Shown in pieces: positions 9,801 to 18,728 of a DNA stretch of 64,000 bases. The translations under genes and the position numbers were made by a program. The notes beneath the pieces were generated by a model. The model searched no databases. It saw only the letters and a program-made list of their open reading frames with translations, and was not told the origin of the DNA. Position 1 is the first letter of the stretch, and every line of letters starts with the position of its first letter. The DNA is taken from contig JAQBRE010000002.1 in assembly GCA_028286605.1 (NCBI GenBank), positions 262,011 to 326,010 on the forward strand. Reading direction: 5' to 3'. This DNA comes from Parcubacteria group bacterium (GTDB lineage: Bacteria > Patescibacteriota > Minisyncoccia > Phycocordibacterales > Phycocordibacteraceae).

Positions 9801-10712
9801 ATGTTGATGACTTTCAAGCGAATCCTTGCAGCCGGCGCGACCTCATTCGCGCGTAGCGGGCTCGTGTCCTTCGCGACCGTCCTTATCATGACGGTAACGC
9901 TCATCATCGTCGGTACGCTCCTGCTGCTTTCTGCGGTGCTCACCAACACGCTTGCATCCATCCAGAACAAAGTGGATGTGAACGTATATTTCACGACGGC
10001 TGCGCAGGCAAGCGAAGTACAGGATGTGCAGAGCCGCTTGCAGCAGCGCCCTGACGTTGCTGCCGTAACATTTACGTCTGCGGACGACGCGCTCGCGCAA
10101 TTCCGCCAGAACCATACATCCGACACGCTTACGCTTCAGGCGCTCGACCAGCTCGGCGGTAACCCGCTCGGTGCATCGCTCGCCGTTCGCGCGAAAGACC
10201 CTTCGCAGTACGCGGCTATCGTAACGTTCCTTCAGAATGACTCTGCTGCGAGCAGTATCATCGACCGCATCAATTACGCGCAGAACAAGGTGATTATCGA
10301 CCGCCTTACGAATGCCATAAAAGCGACGCAGGAAGCAGGGCTCGCTATTGCGCTTCTCTTCGCTATCGCTTCCGTGGTTATCGCTCTCGCTACCGTGCGC
10401 CTCGCGATATACAGCGCACGCGACGAAATCGCCGTCATGCGACTCGTGGGTGCGTCTAACACCTACATCCGCGGCCCGTTCATCGTTGCAGGAATCATAT
10501 CGGGCCTTATTTCAGGGCTCATCGCGCTGGCATTCTTCTTCCCGATAGCTTGGTATGCGGGCCGCTCCTTCACTGAATGGCTCGGCGGCTTCAATCTCTT
10601 TACGTATTACGTTTCTAACTTCCCGTACATCTTCCTGGTTATCATCGGTTCTGGTTTCGGGCTTGGCGCGATCGCTTCATTCTTAGCAGTGCGTCGTTAT
10701 CTGCGGATCTGA
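9801..10712 (+). CDS. ftsX: cell division permease FtsX
   Basis: TM-ECD-3TM layout; EIAVMRLVGASNTYIRGPF. Confidence 0.92.
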   Translation: MLMTFKRILAAGATSFARSGLVSFATVLIMTVTLIIVGTLLLLSAVLTNTLASIQNKVDVNVYFTTAAQASEVQDVQSRLQQRPDVAAVTFTSADDALAQFRQNHTSDTLTLQALDQLGGNPLGASLAVRAKDPSQYAAIVTFLQNDSAASSIIDRINYAQNKVIIDRLTNAIKATQEAGLAIALLFAIASVVIALATVRLAIYSARDEIAVMRLVGASNTYIRGPFIVAGIISGLISGLIALAFFFPIAWYAGRSFTEWLGGFNLFTYYVSNFPYIFLVIIGSGFGLGAIASFLAVRRYLRI

Positions 10713-10722
10713 TTCTGGGCGT

Positions 10723-12372
10723 ATGGCAATCGAAGGACACAAATACATATTCGTTCTCGGGGGCGTGATGTCCGGCGTCGGCAAAGGAGTCGCCGCTTCG
10801 AGCATGGGGCTTATCCTGCAGCAGCGCGGCTTCGGTGTTAACCTCGTTAAGGTTGATCCGTATCTGAACGTTGACGCAGGTACGATGAATCCGACTGAGC
10901 ACGGCGAAGTATTCGTACTGAAGAGCGGCCTCGAGACCGACCAGGACATGGGTAACTACGAGCGCTTTCTGAACCGCGACCTCGGCCCTGAGGATTACAT
11001 GACGAGCGGCATGGTGTATCAGAGCGTTATCAATCGTGAACGCGCGCTCGAATACGGCGGCAAGTGCATCGAAGCTATTCCGCACGTCCGCGACGAGATC
11101 CTTGCGCGCATCGAAGCTGCGGCTGCCAATAATGGCAGCCGCATTTCTGTGATCGAGATAGGCGGCACCGTGGGTGATTTCCAAAACGCACTTTTCATCG
11201 AAGCCGCACGCGTGCTCCGTCTTACACGCCCTGATGATGTGCGTTTCGTGATGGTTTCATACCTGCCGGTGCCGAACACGCTCGGCGAGATGAAGACGAA
11301 GCCAACGCAGAGCGCCGTACGCGAGCTCAACTCATACGGCGTGCAGCCGGATTTCATCATTGCGCGCAGCAATGGCCCGATGGATGCGAAGCGAAAAGAG
11401 AAGCTCGCTATCTGGTGCAATGTGCGTCCGGATCACATCATCTCTGCGCCGGATGTCGATTCCATCTACGACGTGCCGCTTAACTTCGAGAAAGATAATC
11501 TTGGCGACCTGCTGCTGAACGCGCTCTCGCTTCCAAAGGAAACGAAGGCAGATTTCACTGAGTGGCAGAAGTTCGTGAATAATACGAAGATCACGACACC
11601 TGAACTCAAGATCGGCATCGTCGGGAAATATTTTGATACGGGTGATTTCGTCCTTTCCGATGCATACCTTTCAGTTATCGAGGCATTGAAGTTCTCGGGC
11701 GCTGCGCTTCAGGTGAAGCCGAAGATCGAATGGATCAATGCGAAGAGTATAGAGAAGGATGGGCCGGCAGCGCTTGCCGGATTCGCAGGCATCATCGTGC
11801 CAGGTGGTTTCGGAGAAACCGGCATCGAAGGAAAGATCATTGCGGCGAAGTATTGCCGTGAGAATAAGATTCCGTATTTCGGCCTTTGCTACGGCATGCA
11901 CATGCTCGTCATTGAATATGCACGTAACGTGCTCGGTCTTGATGGTGCGCATACCGTAGAGATAGATCCGAAGACGCAATACCCTGTGGTGGATGTAATG
12001 CCTGATCAGAAGAGGCTCATTGCTGAAGGGAAGTATGGAGGCACCATGCGCTTAGGTACGTATCCTGCAAAACTTGGCGAGGGTACCATTGCCAGCGACG
12101 CCTACGGCGTCGCTCAGGTAGACGAACGTCACCGCCATCGCTACGAGATAAATCCTGAATACGTCCCGCAGCTCATTGAGAAAGGTCTCGTGTTCTCTGG
12201 TACTTCGCCAGACGGCGTGCTTATGGAAATCGCAGAGCTACCTAAGAGCGAACACCCGTTCATGCTCGGCTGTCAATTCCATCCTGAACTGCAGGCACGT
12301 CCGCTCGCGCCGCACCCGCTCTTCACCGCCTTCCTTACGGCAGCAATAGATACGAACGGTGCTTCCGCGTAG
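10723..12372 (+). CDS. pyrG: CTP synthase
   Basis: GGVMSGVGKG, DPYLNVDAGTM, GLCYGM, ERHRHRYE, QFHPE. Confidence 0.98.
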   Translation: MAIEGHKYIFVLGGVMSGVGKGVAASSMGLILQQRGFGVNLVKVDPYLNVDAGTMNPTEHGEVFVLKSGLETDQDMGNYERFLNRDLGPEDYMTSGMVYQSVINRERALEYGGKCIEAIPHVRDEILARIEAAAANNGSRISVIEIGGTVGDFQNALFIEAARVLRLTRPDDVRFVMVSYLPVPNTLGEMKTKPTQSAVRELNSYGVQPDFIIARSNGPMDAKRKEKLAIWCNVRPDHIISAPDVDSIYDVPLNFEKDNLGDLLLNALSLPKETKADFTEWQKFVNNTKITTPELKIGIVGKYFDTGDFVLSDAYLSVIEALKFSGAALQVKPKIEWINAKSIEKDGPAALAGFAGIIVPGGFGETGIEGKIIAAKYCRENKIPYFGLCYGMHMLVIEYARNVLGLDGAHTVEIDPKTQYPVVDVMPDQKRLIAEGKYGGTMRLGTYPAKLGEGTIASDAYGVAQVDERHRHRYEINPEYVPQLIEKGLVFSGTSPDGVLMEIAELPKSEHPFMLGCQFHPELQARPLAPHPLFTAFLTAAIDTNGASA

Positions 12373-12443
12373 TTGATTTATTTAGCATTTGTATTGAAAT
12401 ACATAGTGCGCTATAGTGCCTCAGGGAAAAAGGAGTATGTACG

Positions 12444-12704
12444 ATGATACATCCGATAGATATTCATATTGGCAAACGTCTTCGCAGGCGCCGGAAGTTT
12501 TTGGGACATTCGCTCAAGCAGGTCGGCCTTTCTTGCGGCGTTACCTATCATGTAATCAATAACTATGAGTCCGGAAGGAATCCGATGAGAGCGTCATTCC
12601 TTTTGCCGCTCTCCCAAGCTCTTGATGTTCCGGTGGGATACTTTTTCGAAGGGTTCGAAGAAACGCGGCCTGTCGAAAGCGAGCACAACACCGCAGCGAA
12701 CTAA
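12444..12704 (+). CDS. XRE-family HTH transcriptional regulator
   Basis: IGKRLRRRR...NYESGRN...ALDVPVGYFFEG; AAGGAG RBS. Confidence 0.85.
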   Translation: MIHPIDIHIGKRLRRRRKFLGHSLKQVGLSCGVTYHVINNYESGRNPMRASFLLPLSQALDVPVGYFFEGFEETRPVESEHNTAAN

Positions 12705-12857
12705 TTCTGCACCACGTCGTGCCTTTCTGGCACCAAAGCCGGCGACCTTGTCGCCGGCTTTTTGCATGGTAATTAAGCATGCTTTTGCACGTCTTATCCT
12801 TTTAGACGCTCCCACGCTGATATACTGTATGCATTACCTCGCCGTAACCTCGAACCT

Positions 12858-13118
12858 ATGTCACAGATGTCCAAGAATGAAAAAATCACGATCGCCGTTT
12901 TCATCGTGCTCGTGCTGGCCGGCCTCGGCTATTACTGGTATCAGCATGATATGACTCCGAAGACTGCGGCTACCTTCGTGAATACACCCGCAACGCTTCC
13001 TTCTGGTTCGAGTACTTCTGATCAGAGCCTTCAGCAGGACACTGCTGCAATCGATAGCCAAATGAGCGGACTCTCAAGCGATCAGGCAACCGTTAATTCC
13101 TCAGTGAGCGCTAACTAA
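12858..13118 (+). CDS. small membrane-anchored hypothetical protein
   Basis: N-terminal TM plus Ser/Thr-rich tail. Confidence 0.7.
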   Translation: MSQMSKNEKITIAVFIVLVLAGLGYYWYQHDMTPKTAATFVNTPATLPSGSSTSDQSLQQDTAAIDSQMSGLSSDQATVNSSVSAN

Positions 13119-13128
13119 TTATTTACGT

Positions 13129-14124
13129 ATGAAAAATATTCCAACCTCCGCACTCGCGCTTTCGCTTCTCATCGCAGCAGCGCCATTCGCTGCATTCGCT
13201 GAAGACTCCGGTGCTTCCGTAAACGTTTCTGCAAACGCGCAGGTGCAAAGCAGCACGAGCGGCTCTCATGATGGTGCTTCTGACAACAGTGGTCCAGACA
13301 AGGGCGGAATCATCAAGATCAGCGATGATCTGAAAGGGCTCTTCGGTGCAGGCGCGGTTCGCGCTCATGTAGAGGCGAATCATGAGGCTTCGACCAGTGA
13401 TATTCATGCGAACCTTCATGCCGGCGCGAACGCATCAACGACCCCTCGCGCTCCACACCCTACGGCTAATGGCGCACAGGCACGTGCGCGCGGCGATGCA
13501 GAAGTAGATGGCCGCATCGCGAACCTCACTAAGATGATCGCACGCCTTGGTGATGCGCAGCGTCTTTCGTCTGACGCGAAAGCATCACTCACTGCGTCAC
13601 TGAATGCGCAGATCGCGTCACTTACGAATCTTAAGACAGACATAGACACCGGCGCGAGCACCACGCTTAAGACGGATGACCAGTCTATAACGAAAGATTT
13701 CCGCGTGTATGCGCTTGTTATGCCGCAGGCAGCGATCAATGCCGCATCAGACCGCATCATGACTCTCGTTGCAGATATGCAGGCGCTCTCTGCGAAGATC
13801 AGTACCCGTATCAGCGCGGCAAGCGCGGCCGGAGCTGATGTAACGGCAGCAACCGCAGCGCATACGGACTTCGATGCTAAGGTAGCAGACGCAAGCGTGC
13901 AGGCACAGGCAGCAGTATCTGAAGTCGTGAATCTCAAGCCGGATAATGGCGATACGACTATTCTTGCTTCGAATACCGCATCGCTCAAGGATGCGAAGAC
14001 CAAGATCGACGCTGCGCAGGCAGACCTCAAAGCCGCTCGTGCAGACCTCGCCACCATCCTTAAGGGCGTAAAAGGAAAGGGAGAAGTGAAGGCAGGGGCA
14101 AGCGCTTCTACCACCGCGCAGTAG
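13129..14124 (+). CDS. secreted Ala-rich helical hypothetical protein
   Basis: Signal peptide (AFA-E), coiled-coil-like body. Confidence 0.8.
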   Translation: MKNIPTSALALSLLIAAAPFAAFAEDSGASVNVSANAQVQSSTSGSHDGASDNSGPDKGGIIKISDDLKGLFGAGAVRAHVEANHEASTSDIHANLHAGANASTTPRAPHPTANGAQARARGDAEVDGRIANLTKMIARLGDAQRLSSDAKASLTASLNAQIASLTNLKTDIDTGASTTLKTDDQSITKDFRVYALVMPQAAINAASDRIMTLVADMQALSAKISTRISAASAAGADVTAATAAHTDFDAKVADASVQAQAAVSEVVNLKPDNGDTTILASNTASLKDAKTKIDAAQADLKAARADLATILKGVKGKGEVKAGASASTTAQ

Positions 14125-14158
14125 GATACACTATACCTATACAAACCTAATCACTCGT

Positions 14159-14578
14159 ATGGTACCTATTAATCTTATGGCTGTGCTCGTAGCCGCTATC
14201 GTCACCATGGTGCTCGGCTATATCTGGTTCGGTCCGCTCTTCGGCAAGCTCTGGATGCGTCTCAATGGCTTCACTATGGAAACGATGTCTGCGCAGAAGG
14301 GCAAGATGGCGCAGATGTATATCATCATGTTCATCGGTGCTCTCGTAACGGCATATGTGCTCGCAGGCGTTCACATCTTCGCTTCAACGTATCTAAATAT
14401 CGGCGGCATCGATTCAGGTATCCTCGCAGGCTTCATGAGCTGGCTCGGCTTCACTGCGCCGGTAACCGTGAACTACACGCTTACCACGCAGAAGTCGTGG
14501 AAGCTCTGGGCTGTCAATTCCGGGTACTATCTCGTCTCCTTCGTGGTGATGGGTATTATCCTCGCGGTCTGGGCGTAG
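14159..14578 (+). CDS. DUF1761-like membrane protein
   Basis: INLMAVLVAA...WFGPLFGKLWM...NSGY. Confidence 0.8.
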   Translation: MVPINLMAVLVAAIVTMVLGYIWFGPLFGKLWMRLNGFTMETMSAQKGKMAQMYIIMFIGALVTAYVLAGVHIFASTYLNIGGIDSGILAGFMSWLGFTAPVTVNYTLTTQKSWKLWAVNSGYYLVSFVVMGIILAVWA

Positions 14579-14582
14579 GCAT

Positions 14583-14618
14583 CTAAAAACGAGCCCTTGA
14601 ACTAGGGCTCGTTTTTAG
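14583..14618 (+). terminator. intrinsic terminator
   Basis: CTAAAAACGAGCCCT...AGGGCTCGTTTTTAG. Confidence 0.8.
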
Positions 14619-14658
14619 GTATTGTGTTTGAGCACGACGGCTTCGGCCGTTCTGCTAT

Positions 14659-14729
14659 TGCGGGATCGTCTAATGGTAGGACTGCGGTTTCTGGTACCGT
14701 ATATCTAGGTTCGAGTCCTAGTCCCGCAG
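14659..14729 (+). tRNA. tRNA-Gln(CTG)
   Basis: TGCGGGA/TCCCGCA acceptor, GCGGT-ttCTGgt-ACCGT anticodon arm, CTAGG-TTCGAGT-CCTAG T-arm; CCA not encoded. Confidence 0.95.
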
Positions 14730-15084
14730 CTCGCTAACTGTAGTCATCAAAGTTATATAAAAAGAAAACCGCCCTCTCGTCGAAACGAAAGGGTTGTTTT
14801 CGTTTCGCCTATGGGCGGTCATTTAGATTTCCGAATCTCAAAAGATTCACAAAGGTGCAGCTCACGAAGCAATACTCTTGAGTACTTAGAAAATATGTTC
14901 CAGTACTTGTGAACTGAATATAGTTATTACGACTTTTCGGCAGCCCCCAATTCGGTCGTTGCATAATTGGGATCGTCAATTCAGTCACGTCACCTACTCG
15001 TGCAGGCTCGTTTGACGGGTCATGCGCCGATGCTTCCCCTCATATCTACAACATTCAATTCTCCTTGTGTTGTTAAGGCTTCAC

Positions 15085-15411
15085 TCAATCACTGAAGGAC
15101 AGATCATAGAGTGTATCTTCAAACCATTTGAAGATTTGTGGCCATAATGCTTGATGAGGACAGCTCGGGCTAGTCCACCACCGACGAACGCTGGTGATGT
15201 TATACCCCATGCTTTCAGCAAGCATACGATCCCAACCGGGCTTGGTAGAAAAGATCTCCACCAGCATCCGCTTGAAACCTTCCCGACGCAACGGGTTTTC
15301 CTTACTGACTTCCATCTTCGTGCTTTGCACGAGAAGACGAAGGCTTTCATGAACCTGCCGTCGAGAGTTTCTGAGACGTTCGATTGCTTCATCGAACGGA
15401 ATAGGCTCTTT
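15085..15411 (-). CDS. cassette 1 hypothetical protein, possible HTH at the C-terminus (start approximate, likely TTG after AGGAGG)
   Basis: ORF 15085-15459; AGGAGG RBS near 15422-15427; TTGACA promoter at 15473-15478 (minus strand). Confidence 0.65.
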   Translation of the reverse strand, partial: KEPIPFDEAIERLRNSRRQVHESLRLLVQSTKMEVSKENPLRREGFKRMLVEIFSTKPGWDRMLAESMGYNITSVRRWWTSPSCPHQALWPQIFKWFEDTLYDLSFSD

Positions 15412-15471
15412 CAAAAAGATCACCTCCTTTCGTGCCAAGTAGGCTGTGTATTTATACACTTGTAATATATT

Positions 15472-15530
15472 TTGTCAAAGATGGCCTAAACAAAGGATTT
15501 CGGTTCGAATAACGTTCCAGACTGCCAGCT
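15472..15530 (+). repeat. junction repeat copy 1
   Basis: TTGTCAAA-N22-GGTTCGAATAACGTTCCAGACTGCCAGCT. Confidence 0.9.
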
Positions 15531-15547
15531 AGTGATATTCTAGGGTG

Positions 15548-15994
15548 ATGATAATTCGAGAACTTCGACAGGAAGATATCTCTGCAGTTGAGGAGATCTT
15601 TGATCTGTACTGGTCAGGAGAATTTCGCGCCCATCTTTCCGAACGTCTGCACTCATCTGATTTGCAATGGACTGTTGCAGAAGAGAACACTGAAATAGTC
15701 GGAGTTGCAGCATCTCGTGAAGCGCCAACAAGAATGCGAAAATACGCAAAGACGGACAGGGTAGTGGAATTTTATATCGCTGCAGCAAAATATAAAGGAA
15801 GGGGTATCGGTACTGCTCTGCGGAATGCTCGGATTGAACAGGCACGAAAAGACGACTTTAAGGAAGTGGTATTTTTCAGTGGCGATACGCATCAAGACTC
15901 GTGGAACTTCCATGACGCCTCAGAGTTTAGGAGGGTTGGAGAGGAGATCGCTCCTGACGGGGAAACTGGCATGATTTGGCTAATGGATCTTTAA
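15548..15994 (+). CDS. cassette 2 GNAT N-acetyltransferase
   Basis: IIRELRQED...YKGRGIGTAL acetyl-CoA motif. Confidence 0.88.
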   Translation: MIIRELRQEDISAVEEIFDLYWSGEFRAHLSERLHSSDLQWTVAEENTEIVGVAASREAPTRMRKYAKTDRVVEFYIAAAKYKGRGIGTALRNARIEQARKDDFKEVVFFSGDTHQDSWNFHDASEFRRVGEEIAPDGETGMIWLMDL

Positions 15995-15998
15995 GGAA

Positions 15999-16029
15999 AG
16001 TTCTCGCGTCGTATCAAACCGCCAGCTCG
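15999..16029 (+). repeat. junction repeat copy 2
   Basis: AGTTCTCGCGTCGTATCAAACCGCCAGCTCG, beginning just after the GNAT stop. Confidence 0.8.
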
Positions 16030-16102
16030 TTAATTTTAGTCATTGTAAATAAAAGAAACCGCCCGAACCGTAAGGAACGGGCAGTTCCTTTTGGTTGGAC
16101 GG

Positions 16103-16519
16103 TTAGCGAAATTCGCGAAGCCATTCGCACGCGTTCTTGACGACTTCGGGCAACATGCCGGGCTTAAACCACTTGCCCTGGTATCGTTGATGATCTCTGA
16201 GCAGGAAATTACCCACTTCTCCTTCGTAGGAAAAGAAGCAGCCGGCGGTCATAAGCATTTTGCCTTTCACGCCGCCATAGGCGGGATAGTACCCGTCCTG
16301 CTGCGTCACGTCGAAGACGTGAACCGCATAGGCATTGTGCGCAGACGGGCCCTGCGAGAGGTCGAGTGCGCAGCTATCGACACGCACGACGCATTTACCG
16401 CGAAGTCTCGAGTGACGCTCAAGCTCACGCTCAAGCATCTCCTTGATGGTGTTGGCGCAGGAAAGCGCCATACGCGTGTCGGGTTTCTCCAAGACGGTAG
16501 TCGACATGACAATCTCCAA
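16103..16519 (-). CDS. cassette 3 hypothetical protein (start likely at MSTTV, 16507)
   Basis: GGAG RBS, TTGACA promoter in the downstream repeat, hairpin terminator 16051-16092. Confidence 0.7.
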   Translation of the reverse strand: MEIVMSTTVLEKPDTRMALSCANTIKEMLERELERHSRLRGKCVVRVDSCALDLSQGPSAHNAYAVHVFDVTQQDGYYPAYGGVKGKMLMTAGCFFSYEGEVGNFLLRDHQRYQGKWFKPGMLPEVVKNACEWLREFR

Positions 16520-16572
16520 TCAGTGTGAGGCTAGGGCTGTTCTGGGAAGAATCATGGTATATTTAATGCTAT

Positions 16573-16635
16573 TTGTCAAATACAACCTAGACACTCAATT
16601 TCGGTTCGAATATCGTCCCAGACGGCCAGCTCGAC
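16573..16635 (+). repeat. junction repeat copy 3
   Basis: 63 bp, 54/63 identical to 18729-18791. Confidence 0.95.
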
Positions 16636-16728
16636 ACTTTCAATAAATAATTGTATATTCATTTCGATCTCAATGGTGAGGTTATGAACCATAGCCGACT
16701 CCCACGAGGATAGGCGACTGGAGGAACG

Positions 16729-17283
16729 ATGTACATTCGAGAAGCTAAAAAACTTGCACAGGCGCTTGCGCCGATCCTGAAGGACCGCGTGCTCGTGCGA
16801 TATGCCGTACAGGGGTGGGGTAAAGTTAGTTACACTGCGGAGCTTGTCGTGGTGGCGACGATCGGTGGCGAGGATTTTCTTTACCAAGCGCAAATCACAT
16901 TGCTGGTTGTGCGCGGTATTACGCAGATCGAGTCGGATTTTAGGCTGCTGAGCCTCAAGACCCAGCCTGACATTCTCGAAAGCGTCACTGAAAGGTGGCT
17001 TAGAAGGAGTGCTGACGACTGGTGTCATGGCGAGCAATTCATGGGCGCCTATGAAATCCTTCGTGACGGACAGCTCTATACTTCGGTCAAGCTTCCGCCA
17101 TTTGATCCCCGTTGGCATCTTCTGGTTGGAGTAATCCTGAGTGAGCTTGGGGCGCAGCAGGGCAAGGTGAACCCGCGAAATGCGGTAGACACCGGCAGCA
17201 TCAATCTAATGAACAAGCGTTATTCTGCCTTCGCTGCCGAAAGTATTTCTGGCTGGGCTCATCAGACTTTTTCGGCGCACTAG
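16729..17283 (+). CDS. cassette 4 hypothetical protein
   Basis: 184-aa ORF, GGAGG RBS, hairpin AGAGCCAC...GTGGCTCT at 17307-17330. Confidence 0.75.
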   Translation: MYIREAKKLAQALAPILKDRVLVRYAVQGWGKVSYTAELVVVATIGGEDFLYQAQITLLVVRGITQIESDFRLLSLKTQPDILESVTERWLRRSADDWCHGEQFMGAYEILRDGQLYTSVKLPPFDPRWHLLVGVILSELGAQQGKVNPRNAVDTGSINLMNKRYSAFAAESISGWAHQTFSAH

Positions 17284-17362
17284 GCGTATTCCTATCGATA
17301 TAGTTCAGAGCCACTCGAAAGGGTGGCTCTTCAATTTGTATGTTATATGCATTTAAATAAGC

Positions 17363-17396
17363 ATTTCGGTTCGAATATCGTCCCAGACGGCCAGCT
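17363..17396 (+). repeat. junction repeat copy 4
   Basis: ATTTCGGTTCGAATATCGTCCCAGACGGCCAGCT, identical to 16598-16631. Confidence 0.95.
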
Positions 17397-17421
17397 TCTG
17401 TTTTCATGCTCTAATAGTGCT

Positions 17422-18003
17422 ATGCGTGAACATAAAGGAAAGCGACTCTGCATAAGTGGTATTCCGACCGCAGGCAAATCAACTCTAACTAAGAAGCTTG
17501 CTGAAACCGTAAACGGGATCAGTGTATTTCTTGATGATTTTCGAGAAGAACTTGCCTCAGACGAACGCTATATAAAGTGGATCAACTTTTATATCGATCA
17601 GGATCTTGAAACATATTACACAACCACAACTCCTGAGGACGAATGGAAGAATCTGGTCGCTCAATCAGAAGCAATGTGGCCAGCATTTCTAGAACGAATT
17701 AATTCGTATGCAGATGAGGAACGATCAGTCATATTTGAATGCGTAAACTTGCTGCCACATCTTATAAAGAGAGATTTAGGCTTTCCCTGTGTAGTACTTA
17801 TTGGTTCTTCCTACGATGAAACATTGGAGCGTAATAAACGAGAGCCTCGATGGGGAGGCGCAGAACGTGAGCTTGAATTGAACTCGAAGAGCTTCTTTTA
17901 CGTTGAGCGTCCGCATTATCTCGAAGAAGCCGAAAAGTATGGGTATCCTGTATTCGAGACATCTGAAGAAGCTTTTCCATTAGCCTTAGATCTTCTGAAG
18001 TAA
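17422..18003 (+). CDS. cassette 5 P-loop kinase-like protein
   Basis: Walker A GIPTAGKST near the N-terminus; small-molecule kinase-like layout. Confidence 0.8.
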   Translation: MREHKGKRLCISGIPTAGKSTLTKKLAETVNGISVFLDDFREELASDERYIKWINFYIDQDLETYYTTTTPEDEWKNLVAQSEAMWPAFLERINSYADEERSVIFECVNLLPHLIKRDLGFPCVVLIGSSYDETLERNKREPRWGGAERELELNSKSFFYVERPHYLEEAEKYGYPVFETSEEAFPLALDLLK

Positions 18004-18033
18004 GGTTCCCACGTCGTACCAAACTCCCATCTG
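18004..18033 (+). repeat. junction repeat copy 5 (divergent)
   Basis: GGTTCCCACGTCGTACCAAACTCCCATCTG directly after the stop codon; same spacing as the other copies. Confidence 0.7.
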
Positions 18034-18108
18034 AGGGCGATAGATAAGCATTTTTCTATCTTAGTAATAGAAAACCCGCCGAGACGGAAGGTTTTCCATC
18101 TCAGCGGG

Positions 18109-18666
18109 CTAGCGAACGCAGAGAAACGCGATGAAGCTGTTGAGCGCGATAGCGCCCCAGGGCACGGCCGTGTGGGCCACGTCCTGTTTCTTGGCTCCAT
18201 AGATCGAGAGCGCGCAGCTGACGATCGTGACGAGCCAGAGCCATGTCGTCGAAGACTGCGGCGTGTGCCAGTAGTCCACAATGAGCGGCACGGTCGCGAC
18301 AATGAAGGCGATCACGAAGGCGAAGATCGCAATCTCCGCACTGAGTGTGAGCCACAGCACTACGGCAATGAAGCAGAGCACGAGTGATGCCGATTCCACG
18401 ATGCCCCAGTGCCACGGACTCCGTCCCGCCAAGATGGCGATCAGGATAAGGCATGCAGCTGAGAGCCAGGCGATCTGTAGCAGCGGCAACTTGTTGCCGC
18501 CCCTGATGACCAGGAACAGGCCGAGCGCATCGAGCAGGACAGTCATCCCCCAGGTCGCCACGTTCTGCGGCACTCCCGTTTGATAAATAGTCCAGGCGAA
18601 GTAGGTCGGGGCAGCGAATCCAAGGATGCCGCTTGCCCAGTTGGCGTATTGCTTAGAGCGGTCCAT
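18109..18666 (-). CDS. cassette 6 multi-TM membrane protein
   Basis: 185-aa hydrophobic ORF, AGGAGG RBS, TTGACA-N17-TAAAAT promoter (18706-18735, minus strand). Confidence 0.8.
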   Translation of the reverse strand: MDRSKQYANWASGILGFAAPTYFAWTIYQTGVPQNVATWGMTVLLDALGLFLVIRGGNKLPLLQIAWLSAACLILIAILAGRSPWHWGIVESASLVLCFIAVVLWLTLSAEIAIFAFVIAFIVATVPLIVDYWHTPQSSTTWLWLVTIVSCALSIYGAKKQDVAHTAVPWGAIALNSFIAFLCVR

Positions 18667-18728
18667 CCGCGCCTCCTGAATTGTTGAAGATCACGCAACT
18701 GGATATATTTTAAAACTATACTAATCTC

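Noticed and set aside
14800-15066. Second gene in cassette 1 behind an AAGGAG RBS (minus strand)
   Set aside because: All frames after the RBS hit stops quickly; at most a decayed remnant, so it was not called.
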